Notes under the pieces: generated by a model
Told to the model about the DNA's origin: nothing
Databases searched by the model: none
The model's input: only the letters and a program-made list of their open reading frames with translations
Translations under genes and position numbers: made by a program
Assembly: GCF_006345805.1 (NCBI RefSeq)
Contig: NC_043006.1
Span: forward strand, 96,100,001 to 96,164,000
Length of the DNA: 64,000 nt
Source of the DNA: Octopus sinensis
Taxonomy: Eukaryota
Direction of reading: 5' to 3'
Shown here: positions 13,443 to 26,660 of the stretch, in pieces
Layout: the number at the start of each line of letters is the position of its first letter
Numbering within the stretch: the stretch's first letter is position 1

Positions 13443-13531
13443 ATAGCATAGTGTGGTTAAGAGCGCAGGCTAAAAATCCAAGATTCCGAGTTCGATTCCA
13501 GGCAGTGAATAATAATAATAATATTATTATT

Positions 13532-13586
<55 letters not shown>

Positions 13587-13845
13587 TGATGATGATGAAT
13601 GATGATAATAATATAATGATGATAATAATATAATAATAAAATAATAATTATAATAATAATAATATAATAATATAATATATTAATAATAATAATAATATAT
13701 AATAATAATAATGATAATAATAATAATAACAACAACAACAACGTCGAAAAACACTTTACAGATGTGAACCCAGATTCCCCAAGGCACCTGATGAAGTTGG
13801 AGGGTGTATCAGCCGAAAATATCCGCCAAATATAAATAATGTATA
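13443..13845 (+). mobile_element. SINE-like element: tRNA-like head, expanded (AAT)n, tail with hammerhead-core motif
   Basis: TAGCATAGTGTGGTTAAGAGCG...GAGTTCGATTCC (A/B-box-like), (AAT)n 13508-13740, then CTGATGA (13788-94) and GAAA (13815-18). Confidence 0.55.
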
Positions 13846-13885
13846 TATATATATATATTATATATATATATATATATATTATATA

Positions 13886-14114
13886 TATTTCTTACAACCC
13901 CAAGGGCTAAACATAGAGGGGACAACAAAGACAGACAAAGGGATTAAGTCGATTACATCGACCCCAGTGCGAAACTGGTACTTAATTTATCGACCCCGAA
14001 AGGATGAAAAGGCAAAGTCGACCTCGGCGGAATTTGAAATCAGAATGTAACGACAGACGAAATACGGCTACGCAATTTCGCCCGGCGTGCTAACGTTTCT
14101 GCCAGCTCGCCGCC
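13886..14114 (-). mobile_element. Full-length SINE B, tail variant 1
   Basis: Minus: GGCGGCGAGCTGGCAGAAACG head, GATTTCAAATTCC B-box-like, GCCTTTTCATCCTTTCGGGGTCGATAAATTAAGTACCAG core, TGTCCCTCTATGTTTAGCCC tail. Confidence 0.9.
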
Positions 14115-14176
14115 CTTATATATATATATATAATATAATATATATATATATATATATATATAATTATATACATATA

Positions 14177-14223
<47 letters not shown>

Positions 14224-14304
14224 GTATATATATAGATATGTATATATGTATATATATGAAAAAATATATATACATATATATATACATATTCAAACACATA
14301 TGTA

Positions 14305-17115
14305 TTATATAAAGAAACTCAAACTCACATATGGGACTATCCACAACACACAAGACCACCACAGCAAATAGACCCAATTTGGACACCACTGGCAACAACA
14401 CACACATCATGTCGATGCTCCTACTGAACATCAGAGGACTGCTAACACTCAGTAACAGGACAAAAATCCCTTTCTTGTAGGCAAGTTTGAAGACTGCCTT
14501 ACAAAAATAGAAGAAGTTCTAGTCACATTAGAACAACACATAAGTGTACTTCTTATGGGAGACTTCGATCTGCCCAATGTCAGATGGCCCGAGGACCTTT
14601 CTCTCCAAGGAATTTCACGATGCGAACGAGGACAAGCGAGGTCCCTCCTGAACCTCATCAACACTCTGTACATGGAGCAAATAATACTCCAAGCAACCAT
14701 GGCAGGTAACATACTGGATCTCTGCTTCACAAATAATATGGATCTCATCCATAATGTGAAAGTGACACCGACGCTACTCTTGGATCACAACATGGCAGAA
14801 CTGACCATGCACGGTCCAAAGGAAAGCATGAGCATGCAGCCTACAAGAAACTCTCAGAATCTTTCCAGCTTGAACTTCCATAAGGCAAACTGGAAACAAA
14901 TTGAGAACTAGATCCTCAAACAAAACTGGCCTAAATCTCTCTCCTCACCAGACATCGACATGAGGCTTCAACAATTCATGTCTGTAATGCAAGCTACAAA
15001 TGTGTCCCAGAGAGAAAGGCCACTGTACACAAAAACAAAATCCTCAGAGAGAGAAAAATTCTTATGAGACGGCGTACAAAAGTTTCAAATCGCCTAAATA
15101 AACAAATTGAAAGCAGTGAAAATAAAACTGAAAATAAAACTGCTGGAAATTGAAAAATGTCTGCAAAACTCCTATGAAAAAGAAACAGCAGACAAAGAAG
15201 CCTGGGCTATAGACAACATAAAATCTAACCCCAGAGCTTTCTACAAGTTTGCCAACAGCTACGGTGCACTGTTGGATAGGGCCACTCCTTGAAAAAGATG
15301 GTACACTCACAGGAAATCCAATGAGGATAAGTGAAATTCTAAAGTATTTTCACTCCACCCCCAAGGGCATTTTCAGGTCAGCAATCCAACTGACTTCTTT
15401 ACCACTGCAGATATAAAATCAGAGGCAACGATGATTGATTACATCAATATAAAGGAAGACGATGTAATAAAGGCTATAGATGAAATGAACCCAAACTCAG
15501 CTACTGGCCCCGATGCATTCCCAGCAATCATTCTAAAAGTATGTAAGAGAGTCCTAGCAAGACCACTGCAGTTCCTCTTTCAGAGCTTCCTTGCAACTGG
15601 CAATCTTCCAAGAAAATTGAAAGAGGGTAAAATATTCCCTATTCATAAAGGAAGTAGTAGAGCGGAGGCCAAGAACTACAGACTTATCTCTCTGACCTCA
15701 CACATCAGCAAGGTCATGGAACGAATAGTCAGAAGGAAACTAATCGCCTTCCTTTAAGAAAATTACTTACTACCTGATACCCAACATGGTTTCCGACCAG
15801 GAAGAAGCTGTTTAACTCAGCTCCTACAACACTACGACTGGGTGCTGAAACAACCGCTCAACCACTCAAATGTAGAAGTGATATATCTCGACTTTGCAAA
15901 GGACTTTGATAAAGTCGATCACGGAATGATATGTCACAAACTGCGTGATCTTGGTATAGTTGGAAAATTGGGAGAATGGCTTCATGACTTTCTGAAGGAT
16001 AGAAGTCAGGTGGTAGTAGCCAATGGGACCTCCTGCAATAACACGAAAATATTGAGCGCAAGGCACTGTTTTGGGACAACTGTTTTTCATAATGGCCCTC
16101 TCAGACATGCCCTCAGCCACGCAGAGAGCCACGATCACAAGTTATGCAGATGATACAAAAGTTTCACAGGCAATACAGAACCCTGAGGACACTATGCACC
16201 TGCAATGTGAGCTGGACAAAATATACATGTGGGCTGAAAAGAATAGCATGCAGTTCAATGCTGAAAAGTTTCGAGCTTTATACTATCAGCATGCAAAACT
16301 AAATGCAATACCCCAATAAATACACTGGACCTGGAGCGATTGCAATCCCAGAAGCACAATCAGTGCGAGACCTGGGTATTTGCATGAGTAATGATGCAAC
16401 CTTTCCTGTGCATGTTGCTAAATTGGCAATGGAATGTAGGCGGCTGACCGGATGGATTCTTAGAGCTTTTAGAACAAGAGACCAGAAAACCATGATGGTC
16501 CTTTTGGGAACACTTGTCCTAAGCCACTTTGACTATTGCTCTCAGCTATGGTCACCAACCGGTGTCAAATTAATCACAGAAACTGAGGCGATCCAACGAA
16601 GCTACACGAAGAAGATAGCCTCTGTACAGCATATAAGCTATTGGGAAAGACTTAAGAGATTAAGACTCTATTCCTTAGAACGCAGGCGAGAAAATATGCC
16701 ATAATATACATCTGGAAGATCCTGGAAGGACTTGTCCCAAACTTTGGCATCGAGAGTTACACAAATACTAGAACTGGGCACCACTGCATAGTGCCAAGGA
16801 CTCCAAATTTGCCATCAAGATGTAGGACAAGATACTGTGATACCCTGGGCTTCAGAGGTCCACAGCTCTTCAATATCCTCCCGATGCAGATGACTTTAAA
16901 ATAAAACTGGATGTCTTCCTGTCAGGTGACCCAGATGAACCAACTTCACAGCAGGAGGTGCAGATGAGGGCAGCTGCATCAAACTTTCACATGCACCAAA
17001 TGTCAATTGCTAAAAAGCATTCGTGAAATAAAATCATGTAGCAACACTGAATGGCGGTGCCCCAGCATGGCCACAGCTCATGAGCTGAAACTTAATAAAA
17101 TAAAATAAAAAATAA
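14305..17115 (+). mobile_element. CR1-clade LINE, degenerate, with intact 3' tail
   Basis: Endonuclease motifs (LLNIRGL, LMGDFDLP, NILDLCFTN, DHN); RT motifs (NYRLISLTSHISKVMERIV, QHGFRPGRSC, YLDFAKDFDKVDH, YADDTK); C-terminal YCSQLWSP and WERLKRLRLYSLERRRE; tail ending in (TAAAA)n. Confidence 0.95.
14409..17026 (+). pseudogene. Disrupted LINE ORF2 (APE endonuclease plus reverse transcriptase)
   Basis: ATG at 14409; several in-frame stops (e.g. 15755-57) and frameshifts split it into the six listed ORFs; internal deletion in the endonuclease near 14480. Confidence 0.9.
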
Positions 17116-17524
17116 ATATATATATATATACATATACAAACATATATGTATATATATATACTCATATACAAACATACATATATATATCTGTTCTTATCTG
17201 TTGATCTTATATATATATATATATATATCGTCAACAGATGAGATCCAGTGATTCTCAGTGTAGAAGACACTTTTCAGTGCTCAAATGTTTCCATCTTAGA
17301 CTCCGAAGTCTTTACCGGGGTGAAGAATGGCTCTAGAATTTTCAGATTGAGCAGTTATGGATGCAATTATGTGGATTAACAAATTGAGCATATTAAGTAT
17401 AGCAACTTGGGTATGAAATACAAGATATGTATATATGTATACATGCAAAGCGAGGGAATGCAAAAAAAAAAAAACGTAGGCATTCAGAAGATCAATATTT
17501 GAGTATAAATATATAGGTAGTTAT

Positions 17525-17735
17525 ATTCTTTTCTACTCTAGGCAAAGGCGTAATTTTGTGGGTGGGGCAGTCGATTATGTCGACTCCAGTGCGTATCTGG
17601 TACTTAATATATCGACCCCGAAAGGATAAAAGGTAAAGTCGATCTCCGCGGAATTTGAACTCAGAACTAAAGACAGACGAATACCTCTAAGCATTTCGCA
17701 CGGCGTGCTAACGTTTCAGCCAGATCACCGCCGCC
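17525..17735 (-). mobile_element. SINE B, tail variant 2
   Basis: SINE B head and core; plus-strand tail TTCTTTTCTACTCTAGGCAAAGG. Confidence 0.85.
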
Positions 17736-17975
17736 TTATATAAATATCTATATTAATAAATCTAACTTGCATTGTGTACAAATGACATAGAAAATTAAAG
17801 GAGAGGAAGTAAGGTGTTATAAGGTCAACAGGTATTTAAAATTTGTGGATATAGTTCAACAGAATATGCAGGCCGTAATAGAAGCAATCGACATTGGATA
17901 GTTCAAGGTTTGGTCATCAAGGTAGAAAAGATTTAACATTCCGTGATTTGTACTCAGTATAAGTTGGGTATATTA

Positions 17976-18010
<35 letters not shown>

Positions 18011-18575
18011 TAGATGGAAACCACTATGTGGACACCCTTATGCTAGAAATAGATCCGCCATGTTTTTACCATCGAGAAATGTTCTCAAGAAAAAATTAGG
18101 AGAACAACCAAAACGTAATGGAGCAAGACAAAAGAAAAAGCAATATAAATATGGATTATTCGCATACATGCTTCACTATTAACATATTACCTAATGTTAC
18201 TTACATAAATGCACGTAGATCATCGGTACGACGGTCCAGATGAAAATAATTTGCAGGACTGCATACTAGGACGTCCGCACAAAGTCAGACTTGTAAACAT
18301 TTCTAGCCATTACACTCGTGGTTACTATTTCAAATGTCCTCCTTTTGGCGCGCTAAATTACCGGAAATTTAAATTTATATATATATATATATACATTCCT
18401 ACTCAAATATTCGTCATCTCAATGTTTCCATTTTTTGCCTTCTCTGTTTGCATGTATATATTCTTTCCTTCTTTTATTCTCTTATATGTTTCAGCCCTGA
18501 GGCTGTGGCCATATTTCGTATTTCATACTCAGCATGTTATGTTCAATATATTTCGATTGTTTATCCGCATAAGTG

Positions 18576-18642
<67 letters not shown>

Positions 18643-19039
18643 TCTTTGTGTGTATATATATACAAGCATATATATATATATAATTATATAATATATATAT
18701 ATATTATATATATATATATAATATTATACATGTACAACTGTTAAAGAGGGCAACAAACATTAGGCAAGGCAGACATATCAAGTCGTATACAATGTGAGTG
18801 TTGTGTGTGTGTGTATAAATAAATGTATATATATGCGTATACATGTATAAATATATAATATATATGTATATATATGTGTGTATATGTGTATATATATTAT
18901 ACAGTATATATATGAAAATATATGATATATATATATAATATATATATATATATAAAATATATATGTATATATATATGTATGAATGCATGTGTGTATGTAT
19001 GTATTATGTATGTATGTATGTATATATGTAAGTATGTAT

Positions 19040-19505
19040 GCATGTATGTATGTATATAAAAGCGGGTCATGGGTGGGCGATGAAAGGGCTTATCTTCCAG
19101 TCACGTACTTTCAGGTTCAATTCTGCTCCGCGGGAACTTCGGCAACTGTCTTTCATAGCTCAGGCTACCGAAGAAACCCATGAAATTGAATTTCGTAGAC
19201 GGCACATAGTACAGTGTGTGTGTGTTTTGTGTATGTGCATGTGTGTGTGCGTGTCTGTGTGTGTACGTGCATGTGCATGTGGGTGTATGTACGTGTGTAT
19301 ATTTTTATGTTCATTTCCCTACGCTTGACAACCGGTGTTCGTTTGTTTACAATCCCGTGACATAGCGGTTGACCAAACAGACTGGTAAAATAAGTTGTAG
19401 ATTTAGAAAAAGAAATAATTACCTGAGTCAATTTGTTCGACTGAATACTTCAAGGCGATGCACCAGCATGGCCGCAGGCCAATGACTGATACAAGTACGA
19501 GATAA
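19040..19505 (+). mobile_element. Old degenerate SINE A
   Basis: Eroded head; 3' half GCTTGACAACCGGTG...AAGGCGATGCACCAGCATGGCCGCAG is recognisable. Confidence 0.6.
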
Positions 19506-20240
19506 TATAATTCCCAGGCAGCATGGTTTAACAGAACGTGCGAGTAAAGGGAATGTGTTTGATTAGAGGCCATTAATTTCTTAGCTGTAATCCTGCTTTT
19601 GTCGACCTTGTTTTAATCTTCTCCAGATCGACTTGAGAGCGTGACAGCTAACTCCACTCTACATTTCGCCGCTATAAGCAGGAATTCTGCTGATTAGGTT
19701 CTTAAAATATTAATGACTTGTGGTATTTAGTTAAGGAGTCTTAAGTTCTAAACCATTAGCCGATAAAGTACAGTTTGCGGCCTCGCTTCACTGCCACATG
19801 GTTTTCGGTTCAATCTCAATGCGTGGCACCTTTGACAAGTCTCTTCTACTACTACGGCCCCCGGTTTGCCAAAGATTTGTGAGTGGATTTGGTAGGTGGA
19901 AATTTGTCATATATATGTATATCTGTGAGTGTGTGTGTGTGCGCGTGTATATATATTAAGTATATGATTTAACTTATAAACCAAAGTTCAACAAATTCAC
20001 TCATATTTCTTTCGTAAATGGAGGAGATTAGATCTTAATATGGACTGAAATTATTTTTACTCATGTACCTATACGATTGTTTCATACAAAAAGACAATAA
20101 ATTCATTTTAAAAATCTAGGTTGTCAAAATGTATTCGTAAATAGCAAAAATTAAGGAGAGGAAAATAAAAGATAAAAAGATGTTAGAATTACATAGGTGT
20201 GGTGTTCGTAATGTGTAATTGTTCTTAGAGTCATGTCTAT

Positions 20241-20449
20241 ACTCTTTTACTCTTTACTTGTTTCAGTCATTTGACTGCGGCCATGCTGGAGCACCGCCTT
20301 TAGTCGAGCAAATCGACCCCGGGACTTATTCTTTGTAAGCCCAGTACTTATTCTATCGGTCTCTTTTGCTGAACCGCTAAGTAACGGGGACGTAAACACA
20401 CCAGCATCGGTTGTCAAGCAATGCTAGGGGGACAAACACAGACACACAA

Positions 20450-20526
<77 letters not shown>

Positions 20527-20693
20527 TATACGACAGGCTTCTTTCAGTTTCCGTCTACCAAATCCACTCACAAGGCATTGGTCGGCCCGGGGCTATAGTA
20601 GAAGACACTGGCCCAAGATGCTACGCAGTGGGACTAAACCCGGAACCATGTGGTTGGTAAGCAAGCTACTTACCACACAGCCACTCCTACGCC
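20241..20693 (-). mobile_element. Full-length young SINE A
   Basis: Near-identical to copies at 42188, 45239 and 46734; tRNA-like head, CTTGGGC(A/C)AGTGTCTT core, internal TA/CA microsatellite, (AAAAGAGT)n tail. Confidence 0.95.
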
Positions 20694-20748
20694 TATAAAA
20701 CAAGACTGAAAGGTCTCAGTTGGGTGTTGATATATATAAAAAATTAAT

Positions 20749-21120
20749 GAGTGGTTGTGTGGTAAGTAGCTTGCTTACCAACCACATGGTTTCGGGTTCA
20801 ACCCCACTGCGTGACACCTTGGGTAAGTGTCTTCTACTATAGCCCCATGTCGACCAAACCCTTGTGAGTTGATATGGTAGACGGAAACTGAAAGAAGCCC
20901 ATCGTATATGTGTGGGTGTATGATTTTGTGTCTGTGTTACCCCCCACCCCCAACATCGCCTGACAACTGACGCTAGTGTCTTTACGTCCCCGTAACTTAA
21001 CGCTTCGACAATATAGACCGATAGAATAAGTACTAAGCTTACAAAGAATAAAACCTGGAGGCGATTTGCTCGACTAAAGGCGAGGCTCCTGCACGGCCAC
21101 AGTCAAATGATTGAAACAAG
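20749..21120 (+). mobile_element. SINE A, head-to-head with the previous copy
   Basis: GAGTGGTTGTGTGGTAAGTAGCTTG...GGCCACAGTCAAATGATTGAAACAAG. Confidence 0.9.
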
Positions 21121-21410
21121 CTAATTTTAAATTGCCATACAGAAGTAAAAAAAACCGGGTGGGGTTGTATTTAACGGAAAAAGACTAACCAAATAAGGGA
21201 GTATGGAATTTTAAATACTGGGGACTAAAATTTATATTTCACCGTCAGTAATCAATACGGCGTAGACATTAGTTTGAAAAAATGTTTAATAGCAATTCTA
21301 AGAAGTTTGTAATATATAAACTATAAACTTTATAATAAAAAATATTTTATGTAAATAATATATCTAATCTTTTTAGAAGATAAATGCAGAAAATAACTAT
21401 TCAGCAACAG

Positions 21411-21670
21411 TACTTTGGAGTAAAGATTTTTTTGCCAACATAACATGGCAGTCATGGTTTAGGACGAAAGTTACTGCAATTTAGCCACAGGAGACATCGT
21501 CTCCAGCTGGCTATATGACACGATTTGTGTCCTTGTTCGAAAATATAAGGACACAGATCGTGTCGTATAGCCAGCTGGAGACGATATCTCCTGGGGCTAA
21601 CTTGCAGCAAAATTCGTCCAAAACCAAGGTTGCCCATGTTCTGTTGGCAAACAATCTTTACGCAAAGATA
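21411..21670. repeat. Long foldback palindrome (about 125 bp arms, 12 nt loop)
   Basis: 21481-21534 is the reverse complement of 21547-21600 at 50/54; outer arms continue at lower identity. Confidence 0.9.
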
Positions 21671-21979
21671 AATGTAGTTAAACGTGTAGAAGGATATTTT
21701 ATAAAGTAGATACTTAAAGACGGTTAATATAATAAATATAATTTCTTTTAATAATAAATAAAAATATGAAAGTGAGGGATTATTTACATTACTTTACCGC
21801 TACTAAAAACTATGAATGATCCATGAATCGGTACAGAAAAGTTGTATATATCGAAAAGAGTTGTGAATAATTTAGGAGAAAAGAAAAAATAAGTCGTGGG
21901 CCGGAGTTGCTCGACTAAAAGTCGTGCTCCTCCATGGCTGAAAGAAGTAAAAGAATAAAAGAATTTATATAAGCCTGTC

Positions 21980-22015
<36 letters not shown>

Positions 22016-22356
22016 GAATGTCCTATGAAGATGAAGAACTTTATTCTCGCATTTATTTATGGACAGCCTTTTGGTAACCGATCAGAAACGGCTGTAAGAT
22101 ATGCTACGTCACTTATTTTGTTATGTCATACTTTGTATTAAAACATAAGCTATAAACGTGGTCCAATCGATGTGTTACTTAATCCGTGGCTTTCTCCATT
22201 TTCTCATTATTTGCATTGGTTCCTGATAAACACTTGTTCAACCTCTTGTTATCTGCACTTTACGTGCATACTGTGACTGCACATCAATGCCCGGTGATAA
22301 CACGGGTAACGGATACCGATAGTATATACGGACATTTTATCCCTTAGTCGGTTACT

Positions 22357-22496
22357 TGTCTGTTCTTATAACCTATGTACCTATCCATCTGTATGTTCAT
22401 CTGTTTATTTTCATATCCAAATACTTACATACAAAAATAAATAAATAAACAGATTAACATACAGACGGATATGTACATAGGTTATAAGAACAGACA
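22357..22496. repeat. Foldback (about 55 bp arms)
   Basis: TGTCTGTTCTTATAACCTATGTACCTATCCATCTGTATGT versus the reverse complement of the right arm: 38/40, extending inward. Confidence 0.85.
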
Positions 22497-24446
22497 CACA
22501 CACATACGCAAATGGTGACTGAAACACATGACACACACTTCACTCCACACAAGGACACTTCTGGAGACGTGGATCGACACATATAGAAATGCACATCCAT
22601 ACATACAAACATGGTACATAGTTGCAAATCACATACACACACACACAGACATGCACAAACAAGGCGTCAGATGTACATATGCACACAGATGCATGCAAAC
22701 ATGCACACATATATACATACGTACATGCATGCATAGGCACACACACACACTGACCCACACACATGCGCACAAACAAACAAAAAAGAACGCAGTGTAAATA
22801 ACGGACAGAGTCAAGACTATTGAAAAGGTTGCAAGACGCAACGAAAATTTCAGGAAAATAAAAATATGAACTGACGATATCAAAAGTAGACTGAAAACAG
22901 AGCCTGGGTGATTTTAGGCATGACGCACAACAGAGAATGAATTTGAGAATCTTGGCAAGCCACACCCTGGATACAGGAAATGCTCGTGGCTAATGCTTGG
23001 TGATTTAATCATGCCTCCGTTAAAACACTTGTCGTTTAAAAACTAAAATAAAGTTGTTTCTATGGTGGTGTCTGATCAGGGTTTCCTAGTTTATTTGCTT
23101 TGACCCACAAGACATGAAAAAAACAACCACTTCCAATGCAGCACACCTCCAAATAAATTTGCTGGTCACAAGTCTAAGTTCAAATCGCGCCGATTTCATC
23201 ATTTCCGTATCAACAAACCCACTAGTCACTGGAGTTTGTTTATATTTCAAACTTTGTGCATATGTTACAAATAATTATTTAAATAATACCATTCTTCAGG
23301 CTGAGGTTAAAAAAGACATCTGCCGTCATTTGTCATGTTCAATTCAAATAAATTGTACTAACCTTCCGGCTGAGGTTATAGAAGTTTACAATCATTTATC
23401 ATGTTTTTCAATAAAATATATATAATAGAAACATTTGTCAACAGTTTAAAACAACAGACCAAATACTGTAATATTTTATGACTGTGTTGGTATTTTAGAA
23501 TCTTAGTCAAGTTAATATTAAAACATAAAATGTAGTTAGCATTAAAATGCAATTAGAAATTACATGGCGGTGAGTGAACTGTATTATTATTCAAGGAGTA
23601 GTATTATTTAGACTATTTCAGCAAATACGGGAGACAACTCCAGCCATATTTCAATCTTATTCTACGATTTCAGTGAAGAAGAGACGTTTTTAGAAAAATA
23701 TTTTTTTCGTATTGAGGAAGAGAACAGAATGGTTGATAAGCAGAAACGTTAGAAACGAGACAAAAATATCTTTTGGTATTTTAGCAGGTTTTCTATGCCC
23801 ATAATTCAAATCTTATCAAATTAATCACATGTTTTTTAATGGAATCGTTAAAATATAGTGCCCTTCAAGAACTTGATTCGATGTAAACGACTAACCCCCT
23901 CGACTAAAAGCAGACGGTTGGGTGATTAAATTCGCCCTAATGTTTGTATAAGGCCAGCAGTTTTAGGGATTTAGTCTATTAAATGGACCCAGCATACAAT
24001 CGATCCTGGACAAGAGAAGGTAAGAGGAAGAGAGAGAGAGAGAGAGAGAGATAACTGAAAGATATGATTTAGATATTTTTGAAAGAACGTTTGCTCAAGT
24101 AAACAACGACAAAATTTTATTCCATCGTTGAAAGTATTTGTTACCACGGTCAAGCCATTAGACTCCCAAAACGTCTTTGTTTACGTAAATCGATGTGGCA
24201 CAGGGAGAGTGAAGCAAAATCTCCTAATGACGCCATTTTCCCCTTCAATAGATTCCGATATCTTACAACCTTCGTCGTCGCAACCGACGGAGTGCCAATA
24301 TACTGTGATAGTATTTTAAGGCATGATATTTTACACTTTGAATTCATATCTGGGCAAGGATCGATTTTTGTCTTTTATCGATTACCAGGATTCCATTTAT
24401 ATAGCGTAGAAACAATACCGTTGATCCAATCAACCGCTCTAATTAA

Positions 24447-24496
<50 letters not shown>

Positions 24497-24589
24497 TATA
24501 TATATGCTGTTTATATACACCGTTCCAAACTGGATTCGAACTAAGAATATTTGCTTCTGAATTAAGGCTAAATATGGGGCACACTCTTC

Positions 24590-25098
24590 CAGTACTTTAG
24601 TCGAACACATCACTTTCAGTAATAATTTCTTTAAAGCCTGGTACGTATTCTATCAGTCAGTTATGCTTCTCCGTTACGTTACTGGTTCGTAAACAAACCA
24701 ACATCGGTAGACCAGCGATGGTGGTGGGGCACAAACGCAGATACAAAGACATACAAACACATACACATATGGCGGAGTTCCACACAGTTTCCGTCAACGA
24801 AAACCACTCCCAATTCTTTCGGCTGTCAGGGGCTATGGCAGAAAACACTTTCCTAAGGTGCCACTCTGTGAGACTGAACCCACGACCAAGGGATAGCAAA
24901 GCGAGCTTCTTAATCTCAGACTTATTCCTCATATAACGGACTTCCACACAGTTTCCGTCAACGAAAACCACTCCCAATTCTTTCGGCTGCCAGGGGCTAT
25001 GGCAGAAAACACTTTCCTAAGGTGCCACTCTGTGAGACTGAACCCAAGACCAAGGGATAGCAAAGCGAGCTTCTTAATCTCAGACTTATTCCTCATCC
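24590..25098 (-). mobile_element. Degenerate SINE A with a tandem duplication of its about 165 bp head
   Basis: TTCCACACAGTTTCCGTCAACG...CTCAGACTTATTCCTCAT repeated at about 24778-24930 and 24943-25096. Confidence 0.75.
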
Positions 25099-25472
25099 AA
25101 GCCAAAAGCATATGTATTGTTACGTACACCGCTTATTGAAATGCATGTATTTAAATACATATTTCATTCAAGCCAGGCAAATTCAACTGATTTCATCATT
25201 CGGCTTAACGATCGGATTATTAACGAGCGCTCTATGCGTTGCTCGGCTGAATTTTTCTAGTTTGCACCTTAGTTCTTGTCTACCAATTATGGAAATTTCA
25301 TTCCAGAGCTGAATGCGATTTCCCATTTCCGCAACGTATGAAAACCCAATTAGTAAGTCGAACTTAATGTATGATGGTACCAGCTTAATATGGTTGCTTT
25401 TAAGGGGAAATTATTTAATAATCTTATTAGCACACACACTAACACGCGTGCGCGCTATTATAAATAGTTCGC

Positions 25473-25593
<121 letters not shown>

Positions 25594-26006
25594 CTCTTTC
25601 TCTTTTCTCTTGTACTTGTTTCAGTCATTTGACTGTGGCCATGCTGGAGAACCGCCTTTAATCGAGCAACTCGATCCCAGGACTTATTCTTTGTAAGCCC
25701 AGTACTTATTCTATCGGTCTCTTTTGCTGAACCGCTAAGTGACAGGGACATAAACACACCAGCATCGGTTGTCAAGCGATGTTGGGGGAGACAAACACAG
25801 ACATACAAACATACACGCATACATATATAAATATACATATATACGACGGGCTTCTTTCAGTTTCCGTCTACCAAATCCGCTCACAAGGCTTTGGTCGGCC
25901 CGAGGCTATAGTAGAAGCCACTTGCCCAAGGTGCCACACAGTGGGACTGAAACCGGAACTATGTGGTTGGTAAACAAGCTACTTACCACACAGCCACTCC
26001 TGCGCC
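25594..26006 (-). mobile_element. Full-length SINE A
   Basis: Same head, core and tail as the other copies. Confidence 0.9.
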
Positions 26007-26009
26007 TAG

Positions 26010-26103
26010 ATAGATATTTTTCTTTATTAGCCACACAGGGCTGCACACAGACGGGATAGATTACAAAGTAGGGCATTTCTTTTTGGGGAGAAAAGAAGAA
26101 TAA

Positions 26104-26174
<71 letters not shown>

Positions 26175-26189
26175 TATATAGATAGATAA

Positions 26190-26238
<49 letters not shown>

Positions 26239-26660
26239 CAGACGGGCGGGCGGGCGGATGGAGGGATGGAGGGAGTATGTGGTGGGGAGGAGGTCTTTTA
26301 TAATATACGATTTAAAGCTGAAACTGGTTGTGGGGCCCTGGTTGGGGTGTTTTGAGTCACGTGGAACAACGTTTTTAGCCGTTATGGTCTCAAGTCTTCT
26401 CTGACCCGGAGTAGTAGCCCGTGTCAGGGTCCAAAGAAACAACCTCCAAGCACAAACCTTCTCTGCTCGTGAGTGCTTTGGAAAAGGAAAAGGCTAGAGT
26501 AGACATCCTTGACAGAAAATCAAAGAGTGAAGTTCCTCAAGCGGTTTGGAGCTCTCTTTGATACCCTTCAGTCAACTCCAAGGTAGTTGCCGACAATTGT
26601 AAGACAATTCACAATGAAGGTCACTCAAGCATAAAACCTGCAGCCCAATGACTGAAACAA
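26010..26660 (-). mobile_element. Probable 3' UTR of an L1/Tx1-like LINE
   Basis: Minus end GTCTGTGTGCAGCCCTGTGTGGCTAATAAAGAAAA and CCCCACAACCAGTTTCAGC resemble the 3' UTR of the element at 49325-49575. Confidence 0.45.

Noticed and set aside
13443-13507. tRNA gene
   Set aside because: Has A/B-box-like motifs, but I could not fold a cloverleaf with acceptor stem; it is the head of a repeat
19627-19700. Strong acceptor followed by a possible exon
   Set aside because: Stops in all frames and no good donor
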